A DNA stretch of 64,000 nt from Phyllobates terribilis (taxonomy: Eukaryota). Within the stretch, counting starts at the first letter, position 1, and each line of letters opens with the position of its first letter. Shown here in pieces: positions 1 to 11,535 of the stretch. Under the pieces are notes generated by a model. The model made no database searches. It was not told the origin of the DNA and was given only the letters and a program-made list of their open reading frames with translations. Location: the NCBI RefSeq assembly GCF_046119375.1, contig NW_027362767.1, positions 146,692,001-146,756,000 of the forward strand, in the 5' to 3' direction. Position numbers and translations under genes: made by a program.

Positions 1-990
1 CTGATTCATCAGTGAGCCGTCTAGATCGGAGTGGGTATTTTGAGGATCTCCCTTTAGCCTCCAATCTGTACAGTTTGGTGCTGAGGTGACTGGAATTGAC
101 TTTTTCAAAGAGTAGGTGTAGCCTCGTTGGGAGAAACATAACAGAGTGCAGCCGACAGAGTCCTCATAATTTACAACATAGAATTGGAGTGTATTTTTTG
201 AGGACCTCATTTTAGTAACTCTATTCTAGCTGATTCACCATTGAGCCATCTAGATCGAAGTGGATTTTTTGTGGACCTCTTTCAGCAACTCCATTCTGTA
301 CAGTTTCGTGCTGAGGTGACTGGAATTGAGTTTTTCGGAGAGTGGGCGGAGCCTCGCGGGAAGAAACGTAACCGAGCGCAGCTGAGAAAGTCCTCATAAT
401 TTACCACATTGGATCGGAGTGGATTTTTTGAGGACCTAATTTTAGTAACTCCATTCTAGCTGATTCACTAGTGAGCCGTCTAGATCGGAGTGGATTTTTT
501 GAGGACCTCATTTTAGTAACTCCATTCTAGCTGATTCACTAGTGAGCCGTCTAGATCGGAGTGGATTTTTTGAGGACCTCATTTTAGTAACTCTATTCTA
601 GCTGATTCACCATTGAGCCATCTAGATCTGAGTGGATTTTTTGTGGACCTCTTTTAGCAACTCCATTCTGTACAGTTTCGTGCTGAGGAGACTGGAATTG
701 AGATTTTCGGAGAGTGGGCGGAGACTCGTGGGGAGAAACGTAACAGTGCAGCTGAAAAAGTCCTCATAATTTACAACATTGGATCGGAGTGCATTTTTTT
801 GAGGACCTCATTTTAGCAACTCCATTCTAGCTGATTCACTAGTGAGCCGTCTACATCGGAGTGGATTTTTAGATGATCTCCCTGTAGCCTCTATTCTGTA
901 CAGTTCATTGCTGACCTGACTAGAATGGAGTTGCTGGAGCGATGTCCTCATAGGATCAAATCCACTCTAGACGGCTCATGACTGAAACCT
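1..990. repeat. Satellite-like tandem array (~71-bp subunit, ~230-bp higher-order unit) ending in an inverted copy
   Basis: The motif CTGATTCAC..TGAGCC.TCTAGATCGGAGTGG recurs at about 1, 230, 460, 531, 602 and 832. A reverse-complement copy (..AATCCACTCTAGACGGCTCATG) lies at ~920-990. The array is cut by the window start. Confidence 0.85.
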
Positions 991-1653
991 CCACAATGGA
1001 GTTAATTCCAGGAGCTCCTCATAGATTCCAATCTAGTGGCATAGGAATTATAAATGGATGGATGTATTGTCACTTTTTGTGACATACATAATTACACACA
1101 GCACTGATAGTTCAGTTTTGCCCGAATTTGACTTTTACTGTATTTCCATCAGTCCCAGCCACAGCAGCGACATTTCTGAAGAGTGGACGGAGCTAGACAA
1201 CATTTATGTGATCATTTTTGCCACTTTTGTGATGTAAATTATGATAATGTCCACCCGCTCTACAAAATGCTGGTGCTGACCAGGACTGGTGGACAGACAA
1301 GAAAAATAAAATTTTGTCAAACATGAACAATCAGAGCTTTGTGTAAGTTTTTAAACTATGAAAAGTGATAATATAAAAAAAAACTAATTTTTTAATTTAA
1401 CAAAAAAAAAAAGTGGCCCAGCTTTCTACCTCTCGCCTTTTATTAATACTGGCATACAAAATTTGTTTCTTCATGAATTGTGGCTGTAATCTTGTATAAT
1501 GTCTGACAAGAAATAATAAAACACCCTGCAGCAACTCCAATCTATATGTCTCAGTACAGAGATGACAAGATTGAGCTGCTGCACTGAGGTCAATGATTTG
1601 GGGGCACAATGTACTGTGTATAAGGACGTCCTCTGTACAGAAACTCCATTCTA

Positions 1654-3315
1654 CAACCCCTGGCAAAAATTATGGAATCACCGAGCTCGGAGGATGTTCA
1701 TTCAGTTGTTTAATGTTGTTGAAAAAAAGCAGATCACAGACATGGCACAAAACTAAAGTCATTTCAAATGGCAACTTTAGGGCTTTAAGAAACACTAAAA
1801 GAAATCAAGATTAAAAATGTGGTACTCAGTAAGGGTAATTTTTTTCAGACCAAGCTGAGGGAAAAAATTATGGAATCACTCAATTCTGAGGAAAAAATTA
1901 TGGAATCACCCTGTGAATTTTCATTTCCAAAACTAACACCTGCATCAAATTAGATCTGCTCGTTAGTCTGCATCTAAAAAGGAGTGATCACACCTTGGAG
2001 AGCTGTTGCACCAAGTGGACTGACATGAATCATGGCTCCAACACGAGAGATGTCAATTGAAACAAAGGAGAGGATTATAAAACTCTTAAAAGAAGGTAAG
2101 TCGTCACGCAGTCAGCTGTGTCTAAAATCTGGACCAAATACAAACAACATGGGAAGGTTGTTAAAGGCAAACATACTGGTAGACCAAGGAAGACATCAAA
2201 GCGTCAAGACCGGAAACTTAAAGCAATATGTCTCCAAAACAGGAAATGCAAAACAAAACAAATGAGGAATGAATGGGAGGAAATTGGAGTCAATGTCTGT
2301 GACCGAACTGTAAGAAACCGCCTAAAGGAAATGGGATTTACACACAGAAAAGCTAAACATAAGCCATCATTAACACCTAAACCGAAAAAAACAAGGTTAC
2401 AATGGGCTAAGGAAAAGCAATCGTGGACTGTGGATGACTGGATGAAAGTCATATTCAGTGATGAATCGCGAATCTGCATTGGGCAAGGTGATGATGCTGG
2501 AACTCTTGTTTGGTGCCGTTCCAATGAGATTTATAAAGATGACTGTATGAAGAGAACATGCAAATTTCCACAGTCATTGATGATATGGGGCTGCATGTCA
2601 GGTAAAGGCACTGGGGAGGTGGCTGTCATTACATCTTCAATATATGCCCAAGTTTACATTGATATTTTGGACAGTTTTCTTATCCCATCAATTGAAAGGA
2701 TGTTTGGGGATGATGACATCATTTTTCAAGATGATAATGCATCCTGCCATAGAGCAAAAACTGTGAAAACATTCCTTGAAAGAAAACACATAAGGTCAAT
2801 GTCATGGCCTGCAAATAGTCCGGATCTCAATCCAATTGAAAATCTTTGGTGGAAGTTGAATAAAATGGTCAATGACAAGGCTCCAACCTGCAAAGCTGAT
2901 CTGGCAATCAGAGAAAGTTGGAGCCAGATTGATGAAGAGTACTGTTTGTCACTCATTAAGTCCATGCCTCAGAGACTGCAAGCTGTTATTAAAGTCAGAG
3001 GTGGTGCAACAAAATACTAGTGATGTATTGGAGTGTTCTTTTGTGTGTTTGTTTTTCATGATTCCATAATTTTTTCTTCAGAATTGAGTGATTCCATAAT
3101 CTTTTCCCTCTGCTTGGTCTGAAAAATATTACCCTTACTGAGTACCACATTTTTTATCTTGATTTCTTTTAGCATTTCTCAAAGCCATAGAGTTGCCATT
3201 TGAAATGACTTTACTTTTGTGCCATGTCTGTGATTTGCTTTTTTTTTCAACAACATTAAACAACTGAATGAACATCCTCTGAGCCCGGTGATTCCAGAAT
3301 TTTTGCCAGGGGTTG
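1654..3315 (+). mobile_element. Tc1-family DNA transposon (DD34E, Minos-like), near full length
   Basis: TIR CAACCCCTGGCAAAAATTATGGAATCACC with its complement ending at 3315; TA on both sides (1652-53, 3316-17); internal direct repeats AAATTATGGAATCAC. Confidence 0.95.
2032..3020 (+). pseudogene. Tc1 transposase, frameshifted near the N-terminal HTH
   Basis: MAPTREMSIETKERII (2032) shifts frame at ~2110 into ORF 2118-3020, which contains GRPRK, FSDES, FQDDN and SPDLNPIE. There are 34 residues between the second D and the E. Confidence 0.92.
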
Positions 3316-3773
3316 TATACACCTTTTGATCACTTGTTTATAATATTTTTTGCAGATTTATTTTCTGTTATGGGGTATAATAATTTTATAGCTTGGGTCA
3401 TTACAGATGACCGATAACAAGTGTGCACTTTGCTGGCTTTATTTTAGTTTATTTATTAAAAAAAAACAAAAAACATTTTTATTGGCACTAAATAATGTAA
3501 GCCAATATTTAGATTTTTTTTTGTGTTCTTTTACATTTTAGCCCCTTTTTGTAATACAATCTTACTATTAGCGCCATATAGTAATTTTGGCCAACATCTT
3601 GTAGTAATGTCCCCATCATGGTCCCTATCTTGTGCTTATGTCCCCCATCATGGTCCTCATCTTGTTTTATTGTCCTCCCATCATGGCCATCTTGTAGAAA
3701 TATCCTCTTACCTGGTCCCCTTCTTGTAGCAATCTCACCATTCAGCTCCCTATCTCATAGTAATGTGTCCCTT

Positions 3774-4018
3774 CCTGGTCCCCTTTTTGTAGTAATGTCT
3801 CTTTGCAGTAATGTCAGGATCCTGATCCTCATCTTCTAGTACTGTTCCCATCCTGGTCCCCTTTTTGTAGTAATGTCTCTTTGCAGTAATGTCAGGATCC
3901 TGATCCTCATCTTCTAGTACTGTTCCCATCCTGGTCCCCTTTTTGTAGTAATGTCTCTTTGCAGTAATGTCAGGATCCTGATCCTCATCTTCTAGTACTG
4001 TTCCCATCCTGGTCCCCC
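3774..4018. repeat. 78-bp tandem repeat, ~3.1 copies
   Basis: Units start at 3774, 3852, 3930 and 4008 and are near identical. They explain the 26-aa repeated ORF 3750-4007. Confidence 0.95.
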
Positions 4019-4735
4019 GCGGACATTAGCTGCTGGCCTGTGATTGACCCACAGTTGGCATTGGTAGAGCTGAGCAAAGAGCTTGTCTGTGCACGGCGCC
4101 TGCAATATGTTCCACTGAAAAAGTGCTGACGTGCCACAATCCTCAAGGTGTACGGTGCCTGCGACCTGCATGAAGCAGCCCCTGTGGCCAAATGTTTGAG
4201 ACCCCCACTCGAGTCTATAAAGCTACAGCTGCCAATCAAAATACAGGGTGCCATGATACACTGAGGGGCTGCGATTGGTTTGATTAGTTATTCTGTGATG
4301 ACAGAGTCTCTTTACACCCTGAGTGATTTCAGACCAATCACCTATTCTGTGGAGAAGTGATAAAGATTTACAAGATGGTGACTTGAAGGGTCAACGTGAT
4401 ATTTGAAATTTTTCTCAACATTTTATTTCAGTTATATTTTCAATCAGATCAGGGGGTGTTCATATCCTGAGACGACCATAAGCTGCCCCCAAAAAACTCA
4501 CTGTCTTCACCGAGGGGTGCGCAGTTCAGGCATAAGAAACGTATACACAGTCCATAATATGGATATCCATGGAAAACGGAGGGCTTGTAGTGATCGATGG
4601 GTTATTGCATTGTGGGGTGTCGAGGTTCTGCTTGAAAGTATAAGGACATTCACAAATGAAAAAGATATCATACAAGGTTTACTTAAATCTTGCAAATGAG
4701 AAAACAGGTGTATTGGTGTGATAATTCTAATAATA

Positions 4736-6104
4736 CAGGTGCATCTCACTAAATTAGAATATCATCAAAAAGTTAATTTATTTCAGTTCTTCAATACAAA
4801 AAGTGAAACTCATATTATATAGAGTCATTACACAGAGGGATCTATTTCACATGTTTATTTCTGTTAATGTTGATGATTATGGCTTACAGCCAATGAAAAC
4901 ACAAAAGCCATTATCTCAGTAAATTAGAATAATTAACAAAAAACACCGGCAAAGGCTACCTAAGCATTTAACAAGGTCCCTTAGTCTGTTTCAGTAGGCT
5001 CCACAATCATGGGGAAGACTGCTGACTTGACAGATGTCCAGAAGGCAGTCATTGACACACTCCACAAGGTCCCAGAGTCTGGAGGAAGAGTGGAGAGGCC
5101 ACAATCCAAGCTGCTTGAGGTCTAGTGTGAAGTTTCCACAATCAGTGATGGTTTGGGGAGCCATGTCATCTGCTGGTGCAGGTCCACTGTGTTTTATCAA
5201 GATCAAAGTCAGCGCAGCCATCTACCAGGACATTTTACAGCACTTCATGCTTCCCTCTGCCGACAAGCTTTTTGGAGATGGAAATGTCATTCTCCAGCAG
5301 GACTTGGCCCCAGTCCACACGGCCAAAAGTACCAATACCTGGTTTACACACAACAGTATCACTGTGCTTGATTGGCAGCAAACTCGCCTGACCTTAACCC
5401 CATAGAGACTCTATTATAGAGAATTTATGGGGTATTGTCAAGAGGAAGATGAGACCCCAGACCCAAAAATGCAGACGAGCTGAAGGCTGCTATCAAAGCC
5501 ACCTGGGCTTCCATAACACCTCAGCAGGGCCACAGGCTGATCGCCTCCATGCCACATTGCCGCATTGATGCAGTAATTGATGCAAAAGGAGCCCGACCAA
5601 GTATTGAGGGCATTTACTGAACATACATTTCACTAGGACAACATTTCAGATTTTAAAAACATTTTTCAAGCTGTTGTTATAAAGTATTCTAATTTACTGA
5701 GATAATGACGTTTGTGTTTTCATTGGCTGTAAACCATAATCATCAACATTAACAGAAATAAACACTTGAAATAGATCCCTCTGTGTGTAATGACTCTATA
5801 TAATAGATCCCTCTGTGTGTAATGACTCTATATAATAGATCCCTCTGTGTGTAATGACTCTATATAATAGATCCCTCTGTGTGTAATGACTCTATATAAT
5901 AGATCCCTCTGTGTGTAATGACTCTATATAATAGATCCCTCTGTGTGTAATGACTCTATATAATAGATCCCTCTGTGTGTAATGACTCTATATAATAGAT
6001 CACTCTGTGTGTAATGACTCTATATAATATGAGTTTCACTTTTTGTATTGAAGAACTGACAAAGTAACTTTTTGATGATATTCTAATTTAGTGAGATGCA
6101 CCTG
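4736..6104 (+). mobile_element. Internally deleted Tc1 element, same family as 56104-57773
   Basis: TIR CAGGTGCATCTCACTAAATTAGAAT at both ends with TA flanks. Transposase start MGKTADLTDVQK at 5009 is joined directly to the catalytic region (large deletion at ~5068). Confidence 0.95.
5771..6026. repeat. 32-bp minisatellite, 8 copies, inside the right TIR of the Tc1
   Basis: ATAGATCCCTCTGTGTGTAATGACTCTATATA at 5771, 5803, 5835, 5867, 5899, 5931, 5963 and 5995. Confidence 0.97.
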
Positions 6105-6770
6105 TAGATAAAAGGGTTTCTTAACTTAAATTGACGTCATAGCACAGACCTGCATCAACTCAGCTTAAACAGAACAAAACCCATAGGAGCCTATTTATCA
6201 TAGTGTTTACTCCAGAATTCTGTTATAAAATGCTCAATCGTATCATTTGGATGCAGCTGAAGACTATGTAAAAATGTTGCAACTTTTTGCTTTCTAATGG
6301 CATTTTTATCGGAAAGTGGGCAGGGTTGTGATGACGGCTGTTTGGCAACTTCATCATGAGCAGCGGTTGTCGCTACAAATCCTACTCCAGTCAGTGGCAT
6401 AGCATGGAGGCGCTGTCCAGTCATCAGACGCGTCTGATGAATATGTCTCTTAATGAATGAGGCGCTGCGTCCTTCACCCCCGCCCTCTCATCAAGACATT
6501 AATCAGGTGCAGAGTTCTTTAAGGCGACAATGCTGCAATTTAGCTCGAGTAATTAATATTTTGTATGCATTTATGTACATAAGTGACAGCCGAGTGTTGT
6601 GATGGCCTATTTTTATTAGTCCCATACAGAATCCATGAATGGACGGACAGACCTGTGCTATGCATACGTGAACATTATTTTATTAAACATGGACATAGTC
6701 TTTCCTAAGTAACATTGGGGTCCCTGCTGGTCCTAACCTCAGCAACTTATGTTTTATCCAATATGACTAA

Positions 6771-7266
6771 GGGCCCCGTCACACTTAACGAAGCTGCAAC
6801 GATCCCGACAACGATATGACCTGTCAGGGATCGTTGCTGCGTCGCTATGTGGTCGCTGGTGAGCTGTCAAACAGGCAGGCTCACCAACGATCAGGGGAGC
6901 AGTGACATCGTGGAAAGAATCTTTCCACGATGTCCTGCTCCTGGTTACCAGCCTGCTGAAGCAGGAGCAGGCTGGTAACCATGGTAAACATCGGGTTACT
7001 AGGGGCACACGCGCACCTAGTAACCGGTTGTTTACCATGGTTACCAGCCTGAACGCTGCTCCCGCTGGTCACACACAGCGATGTGTGCTGACCAGCGGGA
7101 GGGCAACGACCAAAAAATGGTCCAGGACACCTTGCAGCGATCAGCGACCTCACAGCAGGGGCCTGATCGCTGCAAAGTGTCACACATAGCGACATCGCTG
7201 GTGAGGTCGCTGTTGCGTCACCAAAACCGTGACACAGCAGCGATCTCGCTATGTGTGATGGGGGCT
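6771..7266. mobile_element. Palindromic MITE (Harbinger/Tourist-like)
   Basis: Imperfect TIR GGGCCCCGTCACAC / GTGTGATGGGGGCT, TAA on both flanks, and nested internal hairpins at 6942-7050. Confidence 0.8.
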
Positions 7267-7330
7267 TAACAGTGTGTCCCTCCCCAGCCTGTGTTCATGT
7301 ACTCTATGTAATGTAACTGCTTTAGTGTAA

Positions 7331-7657
7331 GGCTATGTGCCTACGTTGCGGAATTGAAGCAGAAAATTTGCGCTTCATTTCCGCATCTCCTTGCCCAGAA
7401 AAACGCATGCGGAATTGCCTTGCGTTTTTTATTACATTGAAAAGGCAATTCCGCATGCGGAAGCGCAAAATGAATGGACATGCTGCGGATTTTTGAGCAC
7501 AGCATAAACGCTGCGGAAAAATACGCAGCATGGGCATAGAACTTGCGGATTCTCATTGGGGACCATGGGGGGCGGATTGACAAGCGTTTTACAAGCGTTT
7601 CCGCTGCGGAAATTCCGCATCAAATACGCTTGTAATCCGCAACGTGGGCACACAGCC
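7331..7657. mobile_element. MITE, GGCTATGTGCCCACG family (Harbinger/Tourist-like)
   Basis: TIR GGCTATGTGCCTACGTTGCGGA / TCCGCAACGTGGGCACACAGCC with TAA on both flanks. Confidence 0.88.
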
Positions 7658-7669
7658 TAAGGGGTGTAA

Positions 7670-8477
7670 GGCTATGGGCCCACGATGCAGAAATGCTCAG
7701 TTTCTGCATCTCCCTGGCAGAAAAAACGCATGCGGATTGTACATGCGGATTGTACATGCGTTTTTCCTGCCAGGGACATGCGGATGTGAAGCGTTCTTCA
7801 CATGCATTTCCGCATGCGGGTTGACAAGCGCTTTCCAAGCGATTTTAGCATCACTTGGAAAGTGCTTGTCAACTTGGTCACACTATATAAATCCATACAA
7901 CCGGCATGGATTTATATAGTGTGACCGAAAAGAATAGTAAAAAATAAGTCTATACTTACCTTCTGATGGCCCCCGCAGTCTTGCTTCGCTCCGTCCTGGC
8001 TTGCCGGCAGCTCGCGGTAAACTGATGGACCTGCCAGTCACATGACTGTGACGTCAGCGCAGGTCCTTCAGGCCACAGCGCGCTGCAAGTGAAGACAAGG
8101 ACACCGCGGGCCATCAGAAGGTAAGTATAATATTTTTTATTTTATTCTTTTTTTTACAGGTACTATGGTACCCGGGTCTGGAGGAGAGTCTCCTGTCCTC
8201 CACACCCGGGTACCATCCGCACATAGAAACGCTTATTATCCGTGTGTGCAAATGTGCTGACATGGATAATATGCGTTTCAATGCAGGCAATTACGCTGAG
8301 TGTCCACAAAATTAATGGACATGCTGCGTATTTTTCCGGAATGATAATCCGCAGCAGAAATTTCCGCAGCATGTGCACAGCACGGATTATCATTGGGGAA
8401 CATGGCAGACCTTCTACCATGCGTTTAAGTGTTTTTGCCGATGCGGAAACGCTTAAACGCATCGTGGGCACACAGCC
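7670..8477. mobile_element. MITE, GGCTATGTGCCCACG family, long form
   Basis: TIR GGCTATGGGCCCACGATGC / GCATCGTGGGCACACAGCC, TAA on both flanks, internal inverted repeats. Confidence 0.88.
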
Positions 8478-8756
8478 TAACAGAATGTCCCTCCCCTGGC
8501 CTGTGTTCATGGACTGTAATGTAATCAGGCCTAGGTCAACATCTCTTGTTGCATCTAGAGGGTGTGAACCCTTCCCCCATCCAAGGGCTGATCCCAGTAG
8601 ACAGAACAATAGACTCATGTTTTTTTTACATTTCCACCCCTAATGCCACTATGGATGACATCGATACCACGTACCATAAATGTTTTAGGATTTCTCCCAT
8701 GACAGATTTTAAAATGGCGTGCTATCGTCTTTAAGGAGGTTGTGTCGGCCACCGTC

Positions 8757-9660
8757 CTCATACCCCATGCCACCTCACACCAGCTCCCTGGATGCCCCTC
8801 TGCATACCCCAAGCCCCTCACACCAGCCACACAGCCCCCTAGATGCCCTTCTACATTTCCCATGCCCCCTCACACCAGCCACGCAGCCCCCTGGATGTGC
8901 CCTCACACCAGCCACGCAGTCTCCTGGATACCCTTCTACATACTCCATGCCCCCTCACACCAGCCACGCAGCCTCCTGGATGCCCTTCTACATACCCCAT
9001 GCCCCCCTCACACCAGCCACGCAGCCTCCTGGATGCCCTTCTACATACCCCATGCCCCCTCACACCAGCCACGCAGCCTCCTGGATAGCCTTCTACATAC
9101 TCCATGCCCCCTCACACCAGCCACGCAGCCTCCTGGATGCCCTTCTACATATCCCATGCCCCCTCACACCAGCCATGCAGCCTCCTGGATGCCCCTCTAC
9201 ATGTCCAATGCCCCCTCACACAGGCCCCCTGGATGCCCCTGTACATATCCCATGCCTCTTCACACCAGCACCCTGGATGCCCCTCTAAATATCCTATGCC
9301 CCCTCACACCGGCCACGCAGCCCCCTAGATGCCCCCTCACCCCAGCCAAACAGTCTCCTGGATGGCCTTCTACATACCTCATGCCCCCTCACACCAGCCA
9401 CGCATCCTCCTGGATACCCTTCTACATACCCCATGCCCCCTCACACCAGCCACGCATCCTCCTGGATGCCCTTCTACATACCCCATGCCCCTCACACCAG
9501 CCATGCATCCTCCTGGATACCCTTCTACATACCCCATGCCCCTCACACCAGCCATGCATCCTCCTGGATACCCTTCTACATATCCCCATGCCTCCTCACA
9601 CCAGCCACACAGCCCCCTGGATGCCCTTCTACATATCCTATGCCCCCTCACACCAGCCCC
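8757..9660. repeat. C-rich ~52-bp minisatellite, ~17 degenerate units
   Basis: Unit CCTCCTGGATGCCCTTCTACATACCCCATGCCCCCTCACACCAGCCACGCAG, with period 52 (e.g. 9071 to 9123). It explains all the overlapping Pro/His-rich ORFs. Confidence 0.95.
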
Positions 9661-9823
9661 CTTTATGCCTCCACAGCATTTATTCACATGGTCAGTTCTC
9701 CCCACCTCAGTCCTCACAGCACAACGCTGAACACGAGCTCCTCATCACCAGTCCTCCTGTCCCTGCACAATGTGCGCACTGCTGCAGCTGCACGATTGAA
9801 TAGCGTTCACTGGACTGAGAAGC

Positions 9824-10076
9824 CCCCGCCCCTTCCGGTGACGTCATGATAGAATGAAATAACTCCTCCCCCTCAAGAAATCAACTCCAATCTAGACGCT
9901 ACCCTCGGTGTGCACGTCCTCCATGTTGTCGGGGTCTAACAGCAATGTGTTCCTACGGGAATGTCTCCTCTAAAACGGCGGCGTTACAGGAGGTCTGCTG
10001 TAGCGCGTAGTCGCAGGGCTGTATTACGGGAAGCCGAGGAGGCCGAGCAGACTCCGCTCTCCGGTGTGAGGTGAGG
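9824..10076 (+). promoter_or_regulatory. Candidate promoter (GC box + ETS + CRE) and putative non-coding first exon
   Basis: CCCCGCCCC (9824-32), CTTCCGG (9832-38) and TGACGTCA (9839-46) are adjacent. CpG-rich sequence follows, then a donor-like GAG|GTGAGG at 10070/71. It could splice to the acceptor at 13143/44. No transcript evidence. Confidence 0.4.
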
Positions 10077-10140
10077 CCTGGGCTGTGTGCGGGATGGCTG
10101 GGCCGCAACCGCTTTCTTGCTCACGTTTACCTGTTTTTAA

Positions 10141-11535
10141 GGCTATGTGCCCACGATGCAGAAATGAAGCAGAAAATTTCTGCAGCATTTCTGCATCTCC
10201 CTGGCAGAAAAAACGCATGCAGATTGTACATGCAGATTGTACATGCAGATTGTGTATGCAGATTGTGTATGCAGATTGTGTATGCAGATTGTGTATGCAG
10301 ATTGTGTATGCAGATTGTGTATGCAGATTGTGTATGCAGATTGTGTATGCAGATTGTACATGCAGATTGACAAGCGCTTTCCAGGCGATAGCATCACTTG
10401 GAAAGTGCTTGACAACTAGGTCACACTGTATAAATCCATGCTGATGAAGCAATAAGCATTTGGCGTAACGCATAGGTTATTTATACTTTTTCCTTTTCTC
10501 TGTGCATCTTTATTTTCTGGTACTCTCTTTATTCCTACATTGCTTTATACTTGATTTATTTGTGGGCTCGATAGTGGAGCATAGATATTTTCTATTATGC
10601 TCTCTTACCAATTGATTTACCTATACCATGCCATATATATTTTAGCGATATTTGGAATTATGTACCATTGTTATTGAAGTACATTTACCTTGCACAGTTG
10701 TGTAATACACCTTTTGACATATCTATTGATTATTTCTCTTTTGTTTGGGTGAATTTTTTTTTTTCTTTTTTTGTCCTTTGTCCTGTGTATGTTTTTTAAT
10801 AATGTCCTATGTAGTGTGTTTTGAGACTAATAAAATTTTGCATATTTTTGTACATTAGTGTCTTCATATCTATTTATCAATTGTATTTGGTGCTCTGGTT
10901 TTTTCCCAATCCCCCTTGTCTTTTTCTTATGCTTGCTTGCATTCTTGGGAACATTGGCACAAATACATAATTAATATTTAGTGTGGTGCTAGGTCTGCTC
11001 CTTACTTCTTACTGTCTCTTGCAATGCTCGCCGTGGTGTGAAGGACCTGCGGTGACGTCATTGAGCCATGTGATGGGTTACATGACTCAGTGACGTCATG
11101 GCAGGTCCTTCACAACAGCATGAGCCGCCCAACACACCGGACACAGCGGAGATAACACCGGGAGGACATCAGAAGGTGAGTATAAACTTTATTTTTTATT
11201 TTAAATTCTTTTTTTTACAGTTTCTATGGTACCCGGGTCTGGATGAGAGTCTCCTCTTCTCCAGACCTGGGTACCATCCGCACATTGAACCGTGTGATAT
11301 CCATGTGTACAAGTGTTCTGACACAGATTATATGCGTTTCAATGCAAGTCAATGGCGACAATTACTCCGCGTGTCCACAAAATTATTGGACATGCTGCAG
11401 ATTTTTGAGCGCAGCATAAATGCTGCAGAAAAATCTACAGCATGGGCATTGACATTGCGGCTTGACATTGCGGCTTGTCATTGGGGACCATGGGAGGCGG
11501 ATTACCAAACGTTTCCCAAGCGTTTATGCTGCTAA
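10141..11535. mobile_element. Disrupted MITE of the GGCTATGTGCCCACG family with a 13-bp VNTR and an AT-rich insert
   Basis: Left TIR at 10141 after TTAA; 13-bp array at 10217-10369; unrelated AT-rich block ~10440-11030; 11030-11535 matches the right half of the 7670 MITE. Confidence 0.7.

Noticed and set aside
3750-4007. ORF with a 26-aa repeat
   Set aside because: Translation of the 78-bp tandem repeat.
1-6026. Repeat arrays considered as CRISPR-like
   Set aside because: The units are head-to-tail with no unique spacers, there are no cas genes, and the context is a vertebrate genome.
8719-9849. Long Pro/His-rich ORFs (189-353 aa)
   Set aside because: They are open in several frames on both strands because they translate the 52-bp minisatellite; no splice or domain evidence.
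10441-10480. CTGATGA..GTAACGCAT resembling a hammerhead core at the start of an AT-rich insert
   Set aside because: The GAAA box is absent and helix II does not pair. At most a decayed Penelope terminus.
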